From Octopus vulgaris (lineage: Eukaryota), in assembly GCA_951406725.2 (NCBI GenBank), contig OX597827.1:8680001-8744000 (forward strand): 64,000 nucleotides of DNA, written 5' to 3'. A program made the translations under genes and the position numbers. Positions within the stretch are counted from its first letter, which is position 1. Each line of letters opens with the position of its first letter. This document shows, piece by piece, positions 38,740-51,074 of the stretch. The notes under the pieces were generated by a model. That model worked only from the letters and a program-made list of their open reading frames with translations, was not told the DNA's origin and did not search any database.

Positions 38740-39604
38740 CAGGGTGCAGTGAATAAACGGTCGTCTAAATTATGCAAAAATGATAATAACACTAACATCT
38801 CATTTTAACAGATATATTTACCAAAATTACATAAAAATATCTTGAAATACTAAAGAGTAAATGTATTCAAAAAAATTGCCTTTGGCTACATCCATGGACT
38901 CCAAATGACTTTGGAATCTCCTACAACTCTTGTTTAAGTTGGTGAATGCTGCCAAAATTCTTACCTTCAGTTCATCTTTGGTATTAAAAGGAGTTTTGTT
39001 GGTCTCTTGCTCAACTGCACCCTACACATAATATTTAAGGGGACTAGAGTCTGAGGAGTTAGGTGACCAGATGTTATCGGTGATGTGGTCACAGAAATTC
39101 AGAAATTGTCTGACAGCAATGATTAGGTTCTCTGCTTGTGTGGCATGGTGCAGATTCCTGTTGCCAGACATAGGGTCTTCTAGCAGCCACCCTCTTGACC
39201 CAGGGCAGCACTACCTCTTCCAGGTATTTGATGTAGGCCTCCATTTTGAGTGTGAGTCTGTGTGGGAAGATGGAGGCATAATGTCACCATCACTAGTGAT
39301 CACTCCAGACACTATGATGTTGACTGGATGTTTCATTTTTTATCACTCTCAGTACATGTCCTCAGATTGCGCTGTCCTCAGATTGACACCCAAACGTTCT
39401 GAAGTGTTCACATAGGAATTTCTGGCATGAATGCCAAGCAGTACAGCATGCTGTTTCCAAATTTCTGGTAGAGTGAATTGTCATGGTGCTGTTTTTCTCA
39501 CAGACAATGCCCAACTGACTCTACTATACTACATATCAAAAACAAATAATTTGCATGCATGAAAGTGAAAATATAAATGGTGACAATTTACCCATCGCAC
39601 CCTC
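38740..39604 (-). mobile_element. Internally deleted Tc1/mariner transposon (maT/DD37D-like), copy 2
   Basis: TA|CAGGGTGCAGTGAATAAA ... TTTACCCATCGCACCCTC|TA. Remnants PYVWQQESAPCHTS and HITDNIWSPNSSDSSPLKYYV*GAVEQETNKTPFNTKDELK; spacing of the (mutated) acidic positions is compatible with DD37D (inferred). Confidence 0.88.
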
Positions 39605-39756
39605 TATATATATGTATATAAATGTGTGTGTGCATGTGTGTATGTGTATATATATATATATATATGTATGTGTATGTGTGTATATATATATAAGTATATA
39701 TATATATGTACATATATATATATTTGTATGTATGTATATGTATGTATGTATGTGTA

Positions 39757-39801
<45 letters not shown>

Positions 39802-39829
39802 GTACACATAAATACGCACATACGCACAC

Positions 39830-39882
<53 letters not shown>

Positions 39883-40119
39883 CTCACATATATATATAAT
39901 ATATATGCACACAAATACGTGCACTTTTATTATTGTTTATTGTTGTAATGTTCTGTCATCTGAGGAGATAACAAGACTTAAGTTGTTTTCTTTTTTATTG
40001 CCATCTGTGTTTTACAAAGTGAAAATAATCCAAGCCCTGTTATCTACAAAGATGACAGAACAAAATATATATGACTAAATATATAAACAAAAAACAATAA
40101 TATGTCTCTCACTCTATTG

Positions 40120-40404
40120 ATCTATCTATCAATCTATCTACCTACCTAACTACCTACCTACCTACCTATCTATCTACCTACCTACCTACCTACCTACCTA
40201 CCTACCTACCTACCTACCTACCTACCTACCTATCTATCTATCTATCTATATATCTATCTATCTATCCATCTAACTATCTGTTTATCTGTCTATCTATCTA
40301 TCTATCTATTTATCTATCTATCTATTTATCTATCTACCTATTTATCTATCTATCTATCCATCTATTTACCTATTTATCTATCTATCTATCCATCTATCTA
40401 GCTA

Positions 40405-40486
<82 letters not shown>

Positions 40487-40555
40487 CATCTAGCTATCTA
40501 TTTATCTATCCCTCTATCTAGCTATCTGTCTGTCTATCTATCTATCTATCTATTG
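40120..40555. repeat. (CCTA)n/(CTAT)n compound microsatellite
   Basis: Direct inspection. Confidence 0.95.
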
Positions 40556-41846
40556 ATCGATTTAACTATCTCTCTATTTGTCTGTCTGTCTGGCTGTCCT
40601 TCTGTCTGTCAGTCTGCCCATTAATCTAGTCATCTGTCCCTCTGTTTCTTCTTGCATCTGTCCGTCCATCTCCCTGTCCCTCCCTCCAGCCCTCTTTTTG
40701 TCCATCTTTGTCCCTCCTTCCCTCCAGCCCTCCTTTTGTCCATCTATCCATACACCCATCCATCCGTCTATCTGTACATTTGTCTGTCCATCTATCCATT
40801 CCTTCATCTATGTATGTATGTATTTATGCAAGTATGTATATGGATATGGCTGAGCATACATCTACGTAGTTATACACAGTTAAAAAAAGGCCAGGTTTTG
40901 TGATGCAAAAAGGTAAAATAGAACTCAAAACTTGATATATATATATATATATGGGTTCTTTTTAGTAATATTTAGCAGAGGCAAGAAAAAAGTGTTTATA
41001 ACCATGTAAGTATTGCAAACAATGCATGAAAAAGACCTCACTTCAAATGTAGATCCTGGTGTTTTGAGTGCGTGTGTGTAGATGATGTGTGTGGTGGTGC
41101 GTATGAGCTATGCAAAACTAAAAAAACTAAGAGATGAAGAATGTGTTGGAAAAAAGAAAAGAAAAATAATTTAGCTGTACATAAAATGCTGGATCAAAAA
41201 ATAAAATCAAGCACTTTATATCAACAATATATATATAAAGAGTAAAAAAAAACAGAATAAGTGGAAAAAAAAAAAATAGTAAGGAATCACTTTATAATAT
41301 ATAATGTTAAAATAAGACACAAATAAACTGTACATTTGAAAACAAGAAAAGACTAGAAAAGAAAGGGAAAAAAAATAATAATGTTTTAGAATAATCGTAT
41401 AATGTTTTGATATAAAATGGCTTTGTAAACAATAATTGAAAAGCATTATGAAAATATAAAATTAATTATACAAAATTATTGATGTGTGATTATTCAATTA
41501 TATGGAATGGGGTAGATAATTCTATAGAATTTTGGCAAATAATTAATAATATATCATTAATAGTGGTAAGTATTATATTACTTTATTAGAAATGTTTGTG
41601 ATGTTTGGGCTTACAAATGAATTTAATTCACATAAAATACAAATGAATAAATTTTGAAAATGGTGTCAAATAGTCATTTTGTTCGTTTGTCTATCTCAAT
41701 GGTAGTTATTTGTGCTCAAAACCTGTAAATATTATACAAAGATTGCGTTACACTTGAGGAATATTTGTTTACATATTTGTCTATCTTATTTCAAGCCAAG
41801 ATATATATATATATATATATGCATATATATATACACACATATATAT

Positions 41847-41886
<40 letters not shown>

Positions 41887-41889
<3 letters not shown>

Positions 41890-42006
41890 CGTGATCACCA
41901 TGACCGACCAGGCTATCAGACGTTGCTACACATCGTTGGTCACAATGTGCTTCGCATTGTTTTAGCCTTCAAATGACGCCACCTCGCTGGCTAAACGAGC
42001 AGGCCA

Positions 42007-42008
<2 letters not shown>
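41887..42008. mobile_element. ~115-bp (TA)n-flanked module, second copy at 45846-45958
   Basis: tcaccatgaccgaccaggctatcaga...gcaggccaa is shared by both copies, with the same right boundary into (TA)n. Confidence 0.7.
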
Positions 42009-42039
<31 letters not shown>

Positions 42040-42200
42040 AAGAGCGAGAGAAATTGAGGTTATAAGAGATAATGGTGACATTGAGACCCAAAAGGTGTCA
42101 GGTAATGCTGAATAAGTGCTATAGACAGACCGTAGTGAAGTTCCAGGTTCGCTAATATTGCGAATAAAGGGTTCAACGTTGGTTCTATGTCAGCGTGTGT

Positions 42201-42330
42201 ATATAAGAATTTTTGCATAATAAGATAAAAAAACCAAGGCTGTATAGATATTAGAGCATTTATAGATTACATATGCTCTAATATCTATACAGCCTTGGTT
42301 TTTTATCTTATTACGCAAAAATTCTTATAT
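42201..42330. repeat. Near-perfect fold-back palindrome (59/58-bp arms, 13-nt loop) ending in a TA tract
   Basis: 42201-42259 vs 42273-42330, one substitution and one indel. Confidence 0.92.
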
Positions 42331-42335
42331 ATATG

Positions 42336-42373
<38 letters not shown>

Positions 42374-42608
42374 CGTAGGTTGTTCAGATGAGGTAGTTGT
42401 GTCGAAGGGCAGCAATTTCATTGCTCTCTTCTTCTTAGTGATCACCAACACAGGTACATGCCTACTGATCCTACAAGGCCAAAGAGTCCTCGATGTGCTG
42501 CTGCCACCTTGTCTGTCTGGATGTGAGCGCCCTCACCTTTATGCCCTGGCAGCCATCAGGCTCACTCATTCATTTGTACATATACATTTATAAATATATA
42601 TATACACG

Positions 42609-42644
<36 letters not shown>

Positions 42645-42645
<1 letters not shown>

Positions 42646-43105
42646 GATTTTGCTCAGGCATAGTGATACTATGAACCAGTCATTTGCACCCTATATATCT
42701 ATACTTTTGAGTAAAGCATGAGACAAGGGCCTAATGTCAATTAATGAATAACAATGACAAAAGAATATAAACACCTTCATCAGCTTACAGCTGTTTCTGT
42801 TGTAAGAAACAGTGCACTCGTAGTGAGTACTTGAGCAACATCCTAAAGCTTCTTCAGTGCAATTAAAATCAAGTGCATGTTTATTTCAGAAAGTATTACA
42901 TAACTCCTGTTCTTTAATCAGTCATTAATTGACATGCATATATATCCTTAATTTATTTCTTATTATGTAGTACTGTATCAATCAATTAATTTTACTTTCC
43001 CTGAAGTGGGGGAAGGTGTATTAGTACATATTGTTATCCTATTGAGATTGAGTCTGTCTGCTTATTTGTACACTGATTCCGTAACTTGAGAAAGCGTCTG
43101 TCCCT
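42645..43105 (-). mobile_element. (TA)n-embedded insert with decayed hammerhead (42782-42861)
   Basis: Minus strand CTGAAGA ... GAAA CAGCTG TA (palindrome ACAGCTGT), then a second CTGATGA; helix I is poor. Confidence 0.5.
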
Positions 43106-43529
43106 ATATATATATATGCATTGACAGAATACTTTTACACAGAGGAAGTATTTACTTAATTATTTTACATCCACCTTTAGGTATGAAGAAATACTTGGGT
43201 CTGCCAAAACACTTCACACATTTCTAACACAGATGTACACTTTTGTATGAAAGCACAGACATGCATTATAGCATTTTGGCAAAAAAGACTGTTAGAATAA
43301 GTATTATATATATATTATTCATAATAAGCTCTCAGTCTTATCATTAATGGTGCAAAACTGAGTATTATCAATTGGTTGATAACTGATGAAGAATTAGGGA
43401 CCTTCTGTGTTTGTCTCCCATCTGGATGTACGATATATGATATGTCTTTGTTTATGTACCATACATTTTTCATTTATCAAGTAATGTAATGCAACACACA
43501 CCGAATTTATATATATATATATATATTTA

Positions 43530-44000
43530 TTATTGTTATCGAACAGATTTTCTACGCCAGTGACTGTGTTTACTGTGAAAATCTATATATTTCTAGCCTG
43601 TGGAGGAAGTCCCTCAACGAAGAACGGTGCTTGCCATGCGCTGACGAGAGGCGACTACCTCGAAACCGGTCCGTGTGTAGCATCCGTATCTTCGGGGAGG
43701 CTGATACATAGCAAGGATATGATGGTGTCGGCTATTTATATATAGTCGCCTGGGGCTAAATGCATCAGTAACACCCCCACCACCCCGCCCTGTCCCTAGC
43801 CACAACTGACCTTATATTACAGAGCAGTTACTGTTTATACCTCACTCAGAGATTTATTATTGTCTACTATATACTGTTTTCTTTGTATTCAACTTCCTGT
43901 ACCAGTTGTATTCAGCTCTTGTTGATGGGGAGTTATTTATCCTTCACTTTATGGTCTTTCTTAGCCATATTTTTGGACACAATTTTTTCCAAAGGCTGTG
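43530..44000 (+). mobile_element. (TA)n-embedded non-coding element carrying an intact hammerhead
   Basis: TA tracts at both ends, locally CpG-rich, no recognisable coding remnant; contains 43635-43677. Confidence 0.7.
43635..43677 (+). ncRNA. Minimal type I hammerhead ribozyme (canonical core, GUC site)
   Basis: CATGCG CTGACGA GAGG CGACTA CCTC GAAA CCGG T C CGTGTG: helix I 6 bp (2 GU), stem II 4 bp, palindromic stem III ACCGGT; predicted cleavage after 43671. Confidence 0.9.
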
Positions 44001-44499
44001 TATATATATATGTCTTCTTGCTAGGGGGTCTATGAAATTTTTATTGCTCATGGCTGTGTAGATAAGAAGTTTGCTTCTTAACCATAAAGTTTTGAGTTCA
44101 GTTTCATTGCACAGTTTCTTGGGTAAATTTCTTTTACTATAAGCCTCAGTTAATCAAAGACTTATGAGTGAACTGGATTGATAGAAAATGTGAAAAACAC
44201 TCATCGTGTGTGTGTGTGTGTATGTGTGTGAGTGTGTGTGTTTACATCTGCCACTCACTTATTCTGAAAACCAAAACCTTTGTGCTGTGTTCTGTTGACA
44301 TGTCTCCTGTCTATAAGTCACTCAGATGCTTTGTACTGCTTTTGAAAGCATACGGAATTCTAGATTTCTTACTTGATAAACAAATGTTAGCATCAGGAAG
44401 GCATCCATCTGCAAAACAATACCTCAGTTGTCATGTTCTTATAAGCCAAGCTAGAATGGTAAAATCAAATGTAAAAACAAATGAATGAAGTGTAGTAGA

Positions 44500-44990
44500 A
44501 TTTTAATAGAATCGTTTCAATAACTAACTTAGTTATCTTAAGGTAATATTCCTTGAAAACAGAAATAATTCTCAGCTCCATAGAATGTAGTAATAAAACT
44601 GTGCTTGATGGAATGAAAGCAACTTCAGCCAGCATAGACATTTGGAGAGAATTGAGATTTGAAAGATAACCAAAGGCTCAAAATTATTCTTCCCACATTA
44701 ACACTTGACAGCAAGGCAGAAAGTTTCCAAAGAACCAATGAGGAAGCAAATCCTGTGTAACTTAAAACTTTATAGTTGGATTTCTTTATAACGGGCAGAC
44801 AAGATTTTGAGACATTTGTCGTTCTTGGAGTATCAGAATTATAAACAGGCAAAGATTTAATCATCAATTCTTCTAACAAACAAGGTAAGAAAATCTCTGG
44901 TTACTTTATACCTTGGTGCATTTTACAACTTTTAAAATAAAATTTTTAAAAGCTGAACACCTCCAACATGGCCGACATCAATTTGATTAC
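44500..44990 (-). pseudogene. pogo/Tigger-type transposase fossil
   Basis: Across frameshifts: NAPRYKVTRDFLTLFV / IKSLPVYNSDTPRTTNVSKSCLPVIKKSNYK / EVAFIPSSTVLLLHSMELRIISVFKEYYLK, paralleling Tigger DDE motifs APGFK..KDRLTL, KPLLVY.SENPR..K..LPV.W.SN and VFLPPNTTSLLQPMDQGII..FK.YY. Confidence 0.7.
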
Positions 44991-45370
44991 CTTAAAACCA
45001 TACATTTTGTGGATATTTAGTGGCTTTAATAATACCCTTCCATAAGTCTGGGAATGAAGTTTGCTTAGTAGGTGCAAACCCAGGCTCAAAATTTTCTGCA
45101 AACAAGGTTGATATTTTTCTCATTCTTGATATCCAAACAAACACAGGTACAATAATAATTGTTATTATTCTATTTGTACATCAATCAAATCAGATAAATC
45201 CAATGATCTTTTCTACTCTTGGGACAAGGCCCAAAATTTTTAGGGAGGGGGCCACTCGATTAGATTGACCCCAGTACACAAGTGGTACTTAATTTGTCGA
45301 CCCCGAAAGGATGAAAGGTCAAGTTGAACTCAGTGGAATTTGAACTAAGAACACAAAATCAGATGAAATA

Positions 45371-45603
45371 TTATTTCTTTACTACCCACAAGGGGCTAAA
45401 CACAGAAGGGACAAACAAGAACAGACAAACGGATTAAGTCGATTACATCGACCCCAGTGCATAACTGGTACTTAATTTATCGACCCCAAAAGGACGAAAG
45501 GTAAAGTCGACCTGGGCGGAATTTGAACTCGGAACGTAACGACAGACAAAATACGGCTACGCATTTTGCCTGGCATACTAATGTTTCTGCCAGCTCACTG
45601 CCT
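45371..45603 (-). mobile_element. SINE family 2 copy abutting an older SINE2 fragment (~45215-45370)
   Basis: Full-length match; the junction falls at the internal gaaata site. Confidence 0.85.
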
Positions 45604-45954
45604 TCAGATAGATCCAATACTAGAAAAGTAATGTGTCTAATCCGTCCAAAAATGTTTCTATGTTCATTTGTTTTGGCAATGGAAATTTTCAGGGGGCATT
45701 TTATGGCATTTTCATTGCTCCTCAAAAATTTATTTACATCGACCCCAGTGCATAACTGGTACTTAATTTACATGCATGCATGTATGTATGTATGTATGTA
45801 TGTATGTATGTATGTCTATATGGTTTATATATATATATATATATATCACCATGACCGACCAGGCTATCAGATGTTGCTACACGTCGCTGGTCACAATGTG
45901 CTTCACATTGTTTTAGCCTTCAAATGACGCCACCCCGCTGGCTAAGCAGGCAGG

Positions 45955-46026
<72 letters not shown>

Positions 46027-46105
46027 ATATATATATATTAGCATATGATTCCACTGGGTTTCATGTTTAACTTGGCAATGCATTGAAGTTATGTCCCAAT
46101 AACCA

Positions 46106-46469
46106 TTATTACCTCTGCCTTAGTGAAGGCAGAGGTATTGTTTACAGTCGAGTTTGTTTGTCCGGGGACAAGATATCTCAAGAACCGCTGGATTGATCCA
46201 GATGAAACTTTCAGGAATATTTGTCCTCATGACTGGCATGAAGTGCTTAGATTTTGGGGTCGATCTGGTTTCAGACAAGGATTCTGGATTATTTTTTCTG
46301 TTTTTTTACTTAATTTGTGAGAGCGTTCGGGTTCATTTTTAGTATACTTTAGTGAGAGCAGTCGAGTTTATTTCAGATATTCTCATTTCAAAAATCCTCT
46401 CTGGCTAATCGTTGAGAGAACGTTGGTGTTACCTTGGCAGAGGTTTGCACTCTCTGAGTGCACTTGTTT
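46106..46469 (+). mobile_element. Helentron-associated (HINE/DINE-1-like) non-autonomous element
   Basis: 5' subTIR tacctctgcc with nearby inverted ggcagaggta, short gttt tract, 3' ggcagaggt followed by hairpin gcactc-tct-gagtgc and a T-rich end. Confidence 0.75.
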
Positions 46470-46704
46470 GAATATATAATCACGCCCAAAAACAGGACTC
46501 CTTTGTTAAAAATGAAAATGGTAAATCCTATCTAATTAGCCACTATTTGGAAATAATGAAGGTGAGATGTGTTTTACAGAGCTAATTCATTTATATAAGC
46601 CAATCAAAGAAATATCAGCCATCAATACCATAAAATACCGTTGGAGATTTGTATGTGTTTGACATCATTTTACATGTTGGGTACCTTTCTTATCGCAACC
46701 ACTT

Positions 46705-46895
46705 TAGTTAGTTAATTTTTTGGCTCAAAAAGTAAAAAGCAAGGCCATGTAGGGGGACATGGAGTTATGTACAGGGTGGTGTTTATGTAAAGAGTTCAGG
46801 CCACTTGTGGTCAAGGGAGACTTTTAACCGAGCGGTCGTCGGCATCTTCACCATCTCGTCCGGCAGCTTATTCCACGGATCCGCAACCCGGACAG
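46705..46895 (-). mobile_element. CR1-group LINE 3' end
   Basis: Minus translation VRVADPWNKLPDEMVKMPTTARLKVSLDHKWPELFT*, with a short (TAAC)n tail. Confidence 0.8.
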
Positions 46896-46975
46896 CATAT
46901 TTTCATGTTATCAACACAATAGAAGTTGTCACTCAGAACTAAAATGTTCTCCCCAAGCTTATGTTTTATTTAGAG

Positions 46976-47239
46976 CAGTGGTTCTCTACTGGGATCCACA
47001 CGGCCCTTAGGGTTCCCTGTTAGATTTTGCTGTTAAAATTTATATGCAACAAATTGGTTATACTTCTCTAGTACACAAAATATTTTAACAATATTTTTTT
47101 ATTAAACAATTCCTAATAATATTTAATTATAAAAAAAATATGATAGGGAATTTTTTAAACATTGAATGCTTATTAGGGTCCAGTATAGTAAAATAAGAAT
47201 CAAAGAGGTGCATAGGCAAAAAATGGATGAGAACCACTG
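46976..47239. mobile_element. hAT-like MITE
   Basis: TIR CAGTGGTTCTC/GAGAACCACTG; degenerate 8-bp TSD atttagag/atgtggag. Confidence 0.78.
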
Positions 47240-48441
47240 ATGTGGAGTGTCTCTTTTCTTAACGGTTTATTTCATCCTTGTCTCTCTCAATGCAAGTAAT
47301 TTATTTCAGATCTTACATCTCTTCTATTTGAGCTGCTAAGTTCTGGAAGAATGACGACAGAGGGAAGAGGCAGTAAAACGAATAATGAATCAAATCAAAA
47401 AGGGATGTGTATGTACGGGGGTAATGAACACATCATGTGGTAAGGAGGAGAAGGGGTAAGAAGAGCCAGGAATGAAACAGAGGAAGAAGGAAATGTGAAG
47501 GGGACTGGCATATCAGCTGGAACTGACAGCACTGGGGAGACATCCTTTGAAGGAAGGAGCAGGGTTGTTAGTAAGAACAGAGACTGAGAGCCCTGGTGTG
47601 ACACCTTTCTATAGATTAGTATGACATTGAATATGAAGTTTACATATGGCTAAGTGGAGAGCAGCACAAACATAAGAGAAGGGAGGAGACATTGACTACG
47701 CATGCCACTAGCCTGAGAATGTAAAGGAGAAAGACACCATGTCTCCCATGTATCACAATAACCTAACATTTTCCTAGACATTTAGAAGAAGCAGATATTC
47801 TTAAATATAACTCCTTAAAAATCGCAAAAAAAAAAAAAACCAAAAAAAAAATTCTGAATTTCAATTATTCATAAAGAAAATTCTAATGTTGTTAACCAAA
47901 AATAATAAAAATATGATAAAGGATGTACAATTGCAGATGGTGGACTAATTAATTTAGAACCCCTATGCCTGCAAATAAAAGCAGGCAATACTTGTTCATA
48001 AACCCCTGCTATGAAGAAACAGCAAGACGCATAGATTACACCTGAACAAATATCAATTCAAAACTAGCATTATTGGCAGAAAACAATGACAAGATGTACG
48101 CCCAAACACATACACACACATACAGACACTCACACTCATACACACAAACACACGGACTCACAACCGCACACACACACACACGCACACACAACATTCTCTC
48201 ATACACCACATTCACATACACACAACGCACACAAGCGCATGCATAAATAAACGCAAATGCACATGAAAAACTATTTCAGCACTCAGGTGTTCAACTGGAA
48301 TTCTTTACCGTTTTAATTAAATAATAAATCCTTGTAAATGTAGGACACTAGAAACATAAAAACAAGATGATTGATCACAGAAGTGATATTTGCGTTCAAT
48401 CAGCATATAACATATACATAAGAAATAATATAACAGAATGT

Positions 48442-48826
<385 letters not shown>

Positions 48827-48925
48827 GAATATATGTGTGTCTCTGTTTATACATTCACGCATGCATATACAATCACACCAATACGTATACATACATGCAC
48901 ATATATAAGTGTGTATCTATGTGCC

Positions 48926-48964
<39 letters not shown>

Positions 48965-49447
48965 ATGTATACACACGCACAAGAACATACATGGCTGTGT
49001 GACTAAGAAGCTCACTTTGCAACCACGTGGTTTCAGGTTCAGTCCCACTGCACAGTACTTTGGGCTTTGTGTCTTCTACGATAGCCCCAAAACAGCCAGT
49101 GCTGTGCAAGTGATTTTGCTAGATGGAAATTCATATATATATATACATATATATATATATACATATATATATATACACATACACACACACATATATGTGT
49201 GTGTGTGGGGGTGTGTGGGGGTGTGCATAGATATGCATCGTTGTATTTGAATTTGTCCACTTAACTGCCTCACAACCGGTGTTGGTTTGTTTATGTCCCC
49301 ATAACTTAGTGGTTCACCATAGGAGGCCAACAGATTAGGAAGTAGACTGGGGTCAGTTTGTTCAGCTATGCCTCTAAGCTGATGTCCCAGTATGGGCACA
49401 GTCCAATGACTTAAGTGAATAAAATGTCAAATAAATATCTATCTATT

Positions 49448-49508
<61 letters not shown>

Positions 49509-49516
49509 TTGTGTAT

Positions 49517-49560
<44 letters not shown>

Positions 49561-49564
<4 letters not shown>

Positions 49565-49980
49565 TTAGTGTATCATATATCTGAAAGAGAAACAGACTCT
49601 AAAGCATAGGGTAGCAATGTATTTATATTCAGTTACGTATATGTGTGGTCATAGAGTGACCAATGGTTTCACACCCATAGAGCTCTTAGCTTTATGGTCA
49701 GTTCATCAGAATCTGATGAGTCATCTATAAAGCTAAGCACTGTATGCATGCAAAACCATTGGTCACTCTATAACCACACATATACTTATCTGCATTTTAT
49801 CCTTCGAAACATAGAGTAGATGAAACCTTTAGCGACTGAAGAAGGAGTTTTTTCTTTGTGTTAATTGTCCTGTACTCTATTTTTTTGCTGTTTTAAAAAA
49901 AAATGTCCAGTTCCTTTGGTTTGTGTCTATGTTTTCGTTTCTCATTGTGTTCAACGTCCTTTTGGTGTCCTGTACTCATA
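49561..49980. mobile_element. Older fold-back (TA)n-embedded element with hammerhead halves
   Basis: Imperfect inverted arms 49637-49709/49713-49785 centred on TCATCAG-AAT-CTGATGA; minus strand CTGATGA...GAAA CCATTGG TC; downstream TCCTTC GAAAC...CTGAAGA AGGA. Confidence 0.7.
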
Positions 49981-50298
49981 TATGCGTGTATATGTACATG
50001 TAGAGGTAGGTACGTACATATATGTTTATATATATGCATATGTTTTATTTTATTTATTAATATATTATATATATATATATATACACACATATATGTGTGT
50101 GTGTGTGTGTAGTATAAGTAACACAGAGAAGTGCTCAAATGAATGTGAACTTAAATTCCAGCTTCTTCATCCAGGCCCAGTGTTATGGCATTGAAACAGC
50201 TGTCGAGTAAGACAATAGCTTTTACCTTTATTTTATAATCAGTGTCTTGTGCTCTACATAAATATATGTTATGCCCAGCTGTGTTACTCTATCTTATC

Positions 50299-50339
<41 letters not shown>

Positions 50340-50402
50340 AATGTATGTATCTATCTATTTCTATGTATGTATTCATGTATATATGTATGTATGCATGCAT
50401 GC

Positions 50403-50509
<107 letters not shown>

Positions 50510-51074
50510 AATCTATGTAAGTATGTATGTATGTACGTATGTATGTATGGTTCTATGTATGTATGTATGTATGTATGTATGTATGTCTGTATGTATGTGT
50601 GTATCCACACAGATGGATGAGTTTCTGATGTCCCGTCACTTAAATTACCTGATCATTAATTAATAAGTAAGTGGTAGAATATTTCACCTGCACACTCACC
50701 CTTTAGCTATAATCAGCATGACACAGTGTGTGACATAGCTGTATCTCTGATTTACAGGTAAAATCCTTTTGATGTTTGTATGCAGTTTCTGTCTACCTAA
50801 TTTACCTCACATTATGTGGTCAACTGAAGGTGAAACAAAATGATACTTGCCACAAGTCAGATCAAATATGTATGTATATATATATATATACACACATACA
50901 TATTCAAAACCAATATGTATGTGTGTATGTATATATATATGAATGTATGTATGTATGTATTTGTATACATATATGTATGTGTGTGTGGGTGTTAAGAGGA
51001 GCATCCAGCTGCAGAAACCATGTCCAAAGATGACATTGGAGCTCTGTCGCCATCGTCCTTGTCACCATCACAAT

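Noticed and set aside
42395-42445. Hairpin on the minus strand flanked by CTAAGAA and GACAC, like a decayed hammerhead
   Set aside because: Both core segments are mutated and no helix I or III is evident, so it was not counted.
44625-44884. Possible host exon (84-aa minus ORF; AAG|gtaaga on +)
   Set aside because: Better explained as a frameshifted pogo/Tigger transposase fossil.
47400-47750. Possible ancient L2/CR1 ORF2 fragment on the minus strand (IERCHTRAL)
   Set aside because: Only a weak motif resemblance.
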